A DNA stretch of 64,000 bases. Source: Candidatus Latescibacterota bacterium. Lineage in GTDB: Bacteria; Latescibacterota; UBA2968; SICM01. The notes below the pieces were generated by a model. It saw only the letters and a list, made by a program, of their open reading frames with translations. It was not told where the DNA came from and ran no database searches. The stretch covers positions 2,752,001 through 2,816,000 of the forward strand of contig CBDCJO010000002.1 of the NCBI GenBank assembly GCA_965217865.1. Direction: 5' to 3'. A program made the position numbers and the translations under genes. The first letter of the stretch is position 1, and each line of letters starts with the position of its first letter. Below are positions 56,666-64,000 of the stretch, piece by piece.

Positions 56666-57883
56666 ATGAAAATTAAAGATGTCAAGACATATGCCGTTGC
56701 GAACCCGCCTCCTCACCGGGGAGGTCCATATTTTGTTTTCTTGAAACTGACCACCGATGACAAAATTGAGGGCTTCGGCGAAGCCTACGGGGTTCCGTTT
56801 GGCCCGACCAAAGTAACACAGCTGATCGAAGACGTTGTGGAGCGGTACGTAATCGACTGAGACCCGTTCAAGATCGAACAGCTCTGGAGGATCATCTACT
56901 CAAGCGGGTATACCCAGCATCCCGACCTGACGCTCGTGGGGGTGCTCAGCGGCATTGAGATAGCATGCTGGGACATAATCGGCAAAGCCCTCAACCAGCC
57001 GATCTATAACCTGCTCGGCGGACGGGTCCACGAAAAGCTCTGTTCGTACACCTACCTTTACCCGTCACCCGAAGACCTGGAACAAAAAGGGGAAAACCAG
57101 GATCACCTGGGGATCGCCGATATATTCGGCGATCCCGAACGGGGGCCGAAAAGGGCTGTCCAATATGTCCAGCAGGGTTTCACCGCCTTGAAATTCGACC
57201 CCGTTATGCCGATGTCTGCCTTTGATCCCAGACAATTAAGCCTTGAGGCGCTCGACAATGCCGAGCTCGTCATTAAGAACATACGGCAGGCTGTGGGAAG
57301 CAAGTGTGACCTGCTTATAGGTACCCACGGCCAGATGACGACATCCAGTGCGATCCGCCTCGCCAGGAGGATGGAGCCGTTCGACCCGTTGTGGTTTGAG
57401 GAGCCGGTGCCACCCGAGAATAAGGACGAGATGGCACGTGTTGCCCGATCTACCAGTATCCCGATCGCCTCCGGTGAGCGTCTGGCCACGAAGTATGAGT
57501 TTGTCGAACTGCTCGGGAAACAGGCGGCTGCTATTATCCAGCCTGCACTTGGAAGAGTTGGGGGAATATTGGAGGCCAAGAAGATTGCCGGCATGGCGGA
57601 AGCGCACTATGCTCAGGTGGCCCCGCATCTATACTGCGGTCCCATAGAAGCGGCCGCCAATATACAGCTTGCGACGTGCAGCCCCAATTTCCTGATTCAG
57701 GAGAGCATTGAGACCTTCGGCAATTTCCACGCTGAAATCGTCAAAGAGCCGATTAGATGGGAGGACGGTTACATCATACCTCCCGAGAAACCGGGCCTGG
57801 GAATCGAGTTGAATGAAGTCGTCGCAGCCGAGAATCCCTATACCGGAACCCTGTTCCCAAAGATGGTGGAAAAACCAATCTAG
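56666..57883 (+). pseudogene. Mandelate racemase/muconate lactonizing enzyme family protein, in-frame TGA at 56858-56860
   Basis: Same-frame ORFs joined by VID*DPFKIE; IEIACWDIIGK, KFDP, WFEEP, ASGERL, APH. Confidence 0.85.
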
Positions 57884-58131
57884 AATCTCGGTTTGTGGGA
57901 AAACGAAACAGCAAAGAGGTTTATCGATTTCTCTTCGTCTTTGAGAAAGTTCAAATCAAAAATGTCATCCTGAGCCGAAGGCGAAGGATCTCTGTTTTAG
58001 AGTCTTACATTTCAACTTCTAAGCAAGATGCGGACATCTTTTTTGATTGCGGGAAGAAGCCCGCGATAGGATTTTAAGATCCCTATTTCCCCTGATCAGA
58101 GCCAAGCCTACCTCTAACAGAAAGGATCCCC

Positions 58132-58534
58132 GTGTCTCGTCTGCTTCACACCCGGATTCGGGTCGGTGACCTGGACCGATCCATCGACTTTTACTGCAAT
58201 CACCTCGGCTTCCAGGTAAAGTTCCGGACCGACAAATCTCCGTCCGGCAACCACATCGCTCTCATGGAACTTCCCGGCAACGAACACACGATCGAGTTGA
58301 CCTGGTCCCCAGATTACGACCTTAAAGTCCCGGAAGATCTTTTCCACCTGGCCATCGGGGTAGACGATCTGATCGTTTATTGCGATCGACTCGAAAAAAG
58401 CGGAATCGAAATCTGGCCAGACGGATGGCGTGAAAAAATTCGTTTCCGGAGACAAAATGGCCTTCATCGACGACCCGGACGGGTATGAAATCGAACTCCT
58501 GGAAGGCGATCCTGCTGATTTTTTGAAGTCCTGA
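58132..58534 (+). pseudogene. VOC/glyoxalase I-like protein, +1 in an A-run near 58435
   Basis: LLHTRIRVGDLDRSIDFY...IELT...FHLAIGV; MAFIDDPDGYEIELLE lies in the shifted frame. Confidence 0.85.
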
Positions 58535-58658
58535 CCGGAGTTCATATCGCCCCGGAAAATTGCACTTCCGATGATCAAGACTTCACGACAAAAAAAAGGC
58601 CCCAATTCCAAACGAGACCTTTTCCTTTCTTGGTTGATCCGGACATTCAGGCTCGAAT

Positions 58659-60884
58659 TCATGCTTCAGCCGAGGACTGGTCAGCCCAGACGATACTGGG
58701 TTTCTCCCCTGTCGAATCCAGGTGGAACCGGACGCCTTTGAGCGAATCCTGGTGAAGAACCTCTTCTCCTCCTATGCGTAACCTGACCCCCCCATAGGCC
58801 GTATCCTGAACGTCAAGGCAGGCTCCCTTGGCTGCCTGTTCAATCTGCCCGCGGATCTTCTTCTGCTCCTGTTCCTGTTTCTCAATAACTTCTGCAAGCT
58901 GATTGGCCTTTTTGACATAATGAAGGATCTTGTTCTTCAGGTTAGGCTTCCGCGCGATAAGCTTTCGAATCTCTTCGGTCTTGAGGGCCTTAAGACCGAG
59001 AGCCTTGAGCAGGTTTTTTAAAAGGGTTCCAGCATAACGGGCCGCCTGGGCGGCCTTTTCCAATCCGGCATAGAGATCTGGATCCACACCCACAGCAACT
59101 AACGTTGCCGTTTCCCGGGAGGACCCGACGTTCCGGGAGGTTATCCCAAGGATCCCCCAGGTCTCCCCACCGACGATCCCCCCGCTGGTTCCTGCCCCGC
59201 GCCCTTCAACCTGCACACAGCCCCCTGATCGGACATAAGCACTGTGAACATAGCTTCCGATGACGACATCTCCACCCGCCTCGATCCGAGCATCGTGAAC
59301 GAATTTGGCCGTAACCGAACCGGATGCTTCGATCCGGGTTTCATTTCCGATAATTCCCTGACCGACGGTGACGCTTCCCCCGGATTTGACTTCAGCCCCG
59401 GCCTCAACGGTTTCGGACACCGAGACGTCGCCCGTTGCGGACACACGAAACCCACGTGTGATAGAACCCCGGATTTCGATGTTTCCACGAAAGTCGATGT
59501 TCCCCGTCCCATAACCGACATCGCCCGGAACCTGCGCGATAGGACGAACGGAGACCGTGTAGCGCATGAGGGGTTTGCCTTTGGTCGGGATTTCCGCAAC
59601 CTGAACGCTGGCGCCACCCTCCATTTCTGAGAAAAGTTTCTCGTTCCCTCCCTGTTTCTCCTGCCGAACGTTGTCCCCTGCGATCAGTTCCACTTCGGCC
59701 GGTTCAGAGAGGGTAATATCCTCGCCTTTGACAGTCTTCCCGGGCTTTCCCGCAACCGGTTGAGTCGTCTCGACCAGGAGCGCATCCTTTTCCACTGCCG
59801 GGAAAAGATTGCGCTCTTTGAAATCTATGGAGCCATCCGGCAATATCGCCCCAGCCCTTGACTGGTATGGAAAAGAGAAGTTTGCGGCCGCATCCTGCGG
59901 TTGTTCCGGAGGCACTCCGGACGCAAGGGGGATCAGGGTCTCCTTCAGGGTTCCTTTGTCCATTCCTTCACAGACCTCGGCAATCGCTCCTTCGTCGACT
60001 CCGATTGAGACGCCTGAAGCGGTCAACCCTGAACGGAGATGATCTGGGGAGATAGACTTTGATCCCGGAATTGGTGGGATGTTAAGGAAGCAGGCCTCCA
60101 GCCCGTCCGCCGCAATCCAGATCGGTGGAACCACAGACACCAGACCATCTAAGACCCCGCCGTAGCCGAAAGTTCGGGAAAGGTAATCAACGCCATTCGA
60201 TGCCAGTTCCACGCCGGATCCTGCTTGAAGCCCAGAGCTTCCGCCATCCTCCTGGGGAGAAGGCTGTATCGTTTGTCCCTGGACCCCAGTCCCCGGTTTC
60301 CCTTCATCAACAACCTTTACCGCGAGACAATCCCCGGGGCCCACCAGCCACGCGCTGATGGAGGAATCGGGACGGACCTCCTCCCGGTCCTTAAGCTCGA
60401 GGAGGCTGGATATGGGAGAGAGGGCCGGGAGCGCCTCAATACCTTCCGGAGGACAGTGTTTGATACGGGAGGGGGAAGGCGGCTTGGGAGGAACCCCTGT
60501 CGCCACGACGAGATCGTTGACGGACTGTTCGCTCTCTTGAGCGGTCTCAATTGCCTTTCGAATCGCCGCTTCTTCTATCTTTGTGTCCGGATAGATGGAT
60601 CGAACGGTGGCCTTGAGACCGTCATCGGAGATGTCCAGAGCGAGGTCCTCCTGGCTCTCCTGGTTGGCATCGGAAGTCTCTCCGGAGTCATCTTCCGTTT
60701 CTTCCGGAATATCTTCATCACCGGAGGGACTCTGAACGGGGGTTGCGGAGGGTTTCGGGCCGCCTTGTGGTGGTTCCGCGGGGGCATCCCCAGGCTCTTC
60801 CAGAAACCGGTCGATGTCATCGGTGTCAATCGAATCCGGTTCGGATTTGTTTTTATCCTGTTTTTTATTGGATCTTTTGGCCAT
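58659..60884 (-). CDS. FapA (DUF342) family protein
   Basis: Acidic N-terminus, DGSIDFKE, GDVGYGTGNIDFRGNIEIRG beta-helix, GGIVGG, C-terminal coiled coil. Confidence 0.85.
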   Translation of the reverse strand: MAKRSNKKQDKNKSEPDSIDTDDIDRFLEEPGDAPAEPPQGGPKPSATPVQSPSGDEDIPEETEDDSGETSDANQESQEDLALDISDDGLKATVRSIYPDTKIEEAAIRKAIETAQESEQSVNDLVVATGVPPKPPSPSRIKHCPPEGIEALPALSPISSLLELKDREEVRPDSSISAWLVGPGDCLAVKVVDEGKPGTGVQGQTIQPSPQEDGGSSGLQAGSGVELASNGVDYLSRTFGYGGVLDGLVSVVPPIWIAADGLEACFLNIPPIPGSKSISPDHLRSGLTASGVSIGVDEGAIAEVCEGMDKGTLKETLIPLASGVPPEQPQDAAANFSFPYQSRAGAILPDGSIDFKERNLFPAVEKDALLVETTQPVAGKPGKTVKGEDITLSEPAEVELIAGDNVRQEKQGGNEKLFSEMEGGASVQVAEIPTKGKPLMRYTVSVRPIAQVPGDVGYGTGNIDFRGNIEIRGSITRGFRVSATGDVSVSETVEAGAEVKSGGSVTVGQGIIGNETRIEASGSVTAKFVHDARIEAGGDVVIGSYVHSAYVRSGGCVQVEGRGAGTSGGIVGGETWGILGITSRNVGSSRETATLVAVGVDPDLYAGLEKAAQAARYAGTLLKNLLKALGLKALKTEEIRKLIARKPNLKNKILHYVKKANQLAEVIEKQEQEQKKIRGQIEQAAKGACLDVQDTAYGGVRLRIGGEEVLHQDSLKGVRFHLDSTGEKPSIVWADQSSAEA

Positions 60885-60924
60885 AAGCAAGAATTGTGGT
60901 AGATCCCATCCAGGACCCCTAATC

Positions 60925-61398
60925 TTATGTGCGCGCCTGGTCCCTCAGGGAATTGAGGATGTCCATTACACTTACGATTCCGGAAATCTTGTCATTCTGA
61001 ACGATAATCACCCGATGTATGCGGTTGGTGACCATCAGGTCTGCGAGTTTCCCGATGGAGTCGTCATTCTCAGCGGTGATGACGTTTCGCGACATGATCC
61101 GGGATACAGGAAGGTCCAGGACTTTCGCCTCCGGCTCAAGGAGTCCGTAGGCATCTGACAAACCATCCATGGCCGGCGAGGTGTGAAAATCGGATTCTCC
61201 GATTTCAACGCGATCCTCTACTCCTCCGGAGATCAGATCGGTCATCGACACCACGCCAACCAGTCTGCTCTCCGCATTGATGACCGGAACCCCGCTGATC
61301 CCTCTCTTGTGAAGTATTTCCATCAATTCTCGAACAGTCATATCCTCCCGCGCGGTAATGACGGGATGGGTCATGATATCACTTGCAATAAGATCCAT
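60925..61398 (-). CDS. CBS-pair domain protein
   Basis: ASDIMT..VIT, ISGVPV, VGVVS..DL, IHRVII...GIVSVMDI; AGGAGG RBS. Confidence 0.92.
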   Translation of the reverse strand: MDLIASDIMTHPVITAREDMTVRELMEILHKRGISGVPVINAESRLVGVVSMTDLISGGVEDRVEIGESDFHTSPAMDGLSDAYGLLEPEAKVLDLPVSRIMSRNVITAENDDSIGKLADLMVTNRIHRVIIVQNDKISGIVSVMDILNSLRDQART

Positions 61399-61904
61399 TC
61401 AAGGCCTCCTAATTCAACCGTTGACGAGAGGTCCAGATCCTGGGGAGGGATCTGTGATTCCAACCTCCCAGAGGTTGGCTACAGGTTCAAACAGGATAAT
61501 GCCTTACAAGCGAATTCTAACCCAATTGGGGTTACAGGTCAACGAAAAATTCCGATGCTTCGTTTGGCTCTCCACTGATCGGCTCGTCGTCGCACGATCG
61601 ATTAGATTGCAACCCCACGCGGATCGAGTCGTTCAATGAATGACGGTCTATTCTCCCCTCCGTCAAAGGCGTTGGCTTTTCCCTCCCGGTTAGCGCCTGG
61701 GCCCGCTCGGTATGATCCGACGGGCCTTTCATTTCCCCCCTAACCCTTCTTCCATTTTTTCTTGACCCCTTTTTTTTTACCTTATATTGTTTTCGTAACT
61801 TAATGCTTTACTTGAAGTTCCTGTTGATGTTCGCCAGTGTCGAGTCCACAACCCTGGGACAGGACACCAGCCTCAATTACATACCGACTATCCCCCCAAG
61901 CTTG

Positions 61905-64000
61905 ATGAATCCGACACCTCAGAATCCTCCGAGAACGGCCCCCCACAAATCCGTAAAAAGCGGAATCTATGTCCTGGGGTGCATCGCCGTGTCTCTTGCA
62001 GGGGTCGATGGTTGGGCTGCGACCGCGACCAGCGGGATGGGCACGCCAACACTTGCCCGACTCTCCTTCTGGGTCCACGGCGAAAAGATGAGGGAGTTCG
62101 AAACCGCCTATCAGACGAAGGTGGTGCCGATTCTAGCGCGGCACGGCCTGGTGGCGTCCGCCAGGAAATCCCGCTCGGCCTCGGAGGGAATCTTCAGCCG
62201 GCTTTTCGAGCTGGAAACGCCATCCGAGGTCCAGGTGGTGGACAAGGCCCTCCGGGAAGATCCGGCATTTGGAGGAATCATGCGGGAACTGGGGCCTGTC
62301 TTCGGAACGAATAAGGCCGACGGCCAGATTCTTCACAGTTTTATGATCTACACCTCACCGGCCGGTCCGGGAACCGTGGTGCGTGCGGGGTCGGGAAAAG
62401 TGGTTCCCGCGGGCGCGGGGAAGGGCCACTGGCGCACCTACGATGTGACGGATGGTCTCGGAGGGAGCAGAATAAACTCGATTTTGCAAGACAGGGATGG
62501 ATATCTCTGGTTTTGCACCAATGGCGGTGCAAGCCGATATGATGGACGAACCTTTAAAACATTCACCACACAAGACGGCCTGGGAAACAACAGGGTGTTT
62601 TCGATCCTTCAGGATAGGCAGGGTTACCTCTGGTTCGGAACCTGGGAGGGCGTAAGCCGGTACGATCCTTCGACAAGCTCAGGAGGTGCTTCTTCGACAA
62701 ACCTGGCCGGAGCGGAGCCTACACCGGGAGAGCCCAGCGGGCCGGACCTGCCGAGTGGCTCAGGGAAAACCGTTACAACCTACACCCCCAAAGACGGCCT
62801 TGCGGACAAGTCCGTTTTTTCGATCCTTCAGGACAGGGACGGGATGATCTGGTTAGGTTCCCCTAACGGGGGTGTGACCCGCTATGATCCTTCAGGTGGT
62901 GGATTTGCCATCTTGGACACGAAAGGCAGGGTCGCAAACACTGTGAGCTCGATCCTTCAGGATCGGGAGGGTTATTTCTGGTTCTCCACGCTGGGGGGTG
63001 GTGTGAGCCGGTATGATCCTTCTTGGCCAACGCGGGGAACAAGCTCGGGACAGGACGGGATTGAGTGGATCAAATTTACCACAAAAGATGGCCTGGCGGA
63101 TAACTATGTGTATTCGATCTTTCAAGACCGGGACAATCACATCTGGTTCGCCACCAATGGGGGCCTGAGCCGGTATGATGGATCGACTTTTTCAAACTTC
63201 ACGGTAAAAGACGGTCTGGCGAACAATACGGTGATCTCGATCCTCCAGGATCGGGATGGATATTTCTGGTTCTCCACTTACGATGGCCTGAGCCGGTATA
63301 ATGGATCGACGTTTTCGAACTTCACGGTAAAAGACGGCCTGGCGAACAATTATATGGCATCGAGTTATCAAGATCGGGAGGGATACATCTGGTTCGGCAC
63401 CTTGACCGGGGCTGTGAGCCGATACGATGGAGAAGCCTTCACCACCTTCACAACTGAAGACGGCCTGGGGGACAATGCGGTTATGTCGATCTCTCACGAT
63501 CGGAAGGGACATCTCTGGTTCGGTACAGCGGACGGCCTGAGCCTGTATGATGGTCGGACCTTTACCACATTTACCACAAGAGACGGCTTAGCACACAATA
63601 CTGTTATGTCGGTCTTTCAGGATCGGGAAGGGCATCTCTGGTTCGGAACCGGAGGGGGTCTGAGCCGGTATGATGGTGATACATTTGCTACTTTTACCGC
63701 CCGGGATGGTCTCGCACACGATGTTGTGATATCGATCTTTCAGGACCGGGAGGGGCATCTCTGGTTTGGAACCAAAGACGGGGTTAGCCGATATGAACCC
63801 TCGACACGCTCAGGGGATATCAAGGGGACTTTTACCACATTCACGGCACAGGATGGGTTGGGATATGATCAGGTGATGTCGATCTTTCAGGACACCGAGG
63901 GAAATCTCTGGTTCGGAACCGAAGGCGGGGGGGTGAGCAGATATGATGGGGATGTCCTGACCACGTTCACCACCAGGGACGGCCTTGCGGACGTTAGTAT
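61905..64000 (+). CDS. Two-component regulator propeller (Reg_prop) sensor protein, 3' end off window
   Basis: Manual translation: ...LSFWVHGEKMREFETAYQTKVVPILARHGL... then about 12 repeats of F+T+DGL..N.V.SI.QDR.G.LWFGT..G.SRYDG. Confidence 0.88.
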   Translation, partial: MNPTPQNPPRTAPHKSVKSGIYVLGCIAVSLAGVDGWAATATSGMGTPTLARLSFWVHGEKMREFETAYQTKVVPILARHGLVASARKSRSASEGIFSRLFELETPSEVQVVDKALREDPAFGGIMRELGPVFGTNKADGQILHSFMIYTSPAGPGTVVRAGSGKVVPAGAGKGHWRTYDVTDGLGGSRINSILQDRDGYLWFCTNGGASRYDGRTFKTFTTQDGLGNNRVFSILQDRQGYLWFGTWEGVSRYDPSTSSGGASSTNLAGAEPTPGEPSGPDLPSGSGKTVTTYTPKDGLADKSVFSILQDRDGMIWLGSPNGGVTRYDPSGGGFAILDTKGRVANTVSSILQDREGYFWFSTLGGGVSRYDPSWPTRGTSSGQDGIEWIKFTTKDGLADNYVYSIFQDRDNHIWFATNGGLSRYDGSTFSNFTVKDGLANNTVISILQDRDGYFWFSTYDGLSRYNGSTFSNFTVKDGLANNYMASSYQDREGYIWFGTLTGAVSRYDGEAFTTFTTEDGLGDNAVMSISHDRKGHLWFGTADGLSLYDGRTFTTFTTRDGLAHNTVMSVFQDREGHLWFGTGGGLSRYDGDTFATFTARDGLAHDVVISIFQDREGHLWFGTKDGVSRYEPSTRSGDIKGTFTTFTAQDGLGYDQVMSIFQDTEGNLWFGTEGGGVSRYDGDVLTTFTTRDGLADVS

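Noticed and set aside
56858-56860. In-frame TGA in the mandelate racemase-like gene as selenocysteine
   Set aside because: It is a non-catalytic variable position with only a 4-bp stem nearby; a point mutation or error is more likely.
62430-64000. Periodic repeats as a CRISPR array or DGR
   Set aside because: They are degenerate coding Reg_prop repeats in one open frame; there are no identical repeat-spacer units, cas genes or reverse transcriptase in the window.

Overview
Bacterial chromosomal window, probably Candidatus Latescibacterota or a relative in the FCB group. That placement is inferred from the dockerin-like C-termini, the Reg_prop sensor and a divergent 16S, and has not been checked by search. 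The window holds housekeeping, envelope and proteostasis genes (rpsT, a peptidase-PD40-Omp85 protein, three O-antigen-ligase-like genes, lolC/E, moxR/DUF58/cnoX, hsp20-lon, ogt, folD), a selenoneine senA-senB locus, an IS200-type element and one rRNA operon. The most striking feature is that the operon reads 16S-tRNAIle-tRNAAla-23S-[2.4 kb protein gene]-5S. The inserted FG-GAP/ASPIC-UnbV (CRTAC1-like) gene has an in-frame UGA in a U-x-C context followed by a SECIS-like hairpin, so it is a candidate selenoprotein. senB also has an in-frame UGA followed by a hairpin at the same offset. Other oddities are a FliG-C/MotA-like fusion coupled to an ECF sigma factor, palindromic repeats inserted in frame into a sensor gene, and DUF559/IS200 relics tied to several repeat families. 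Caveat: about a dozen genes carry frameshifts or stops, several in homopolymers, so sequencing error is a live alternative for any single disruption.
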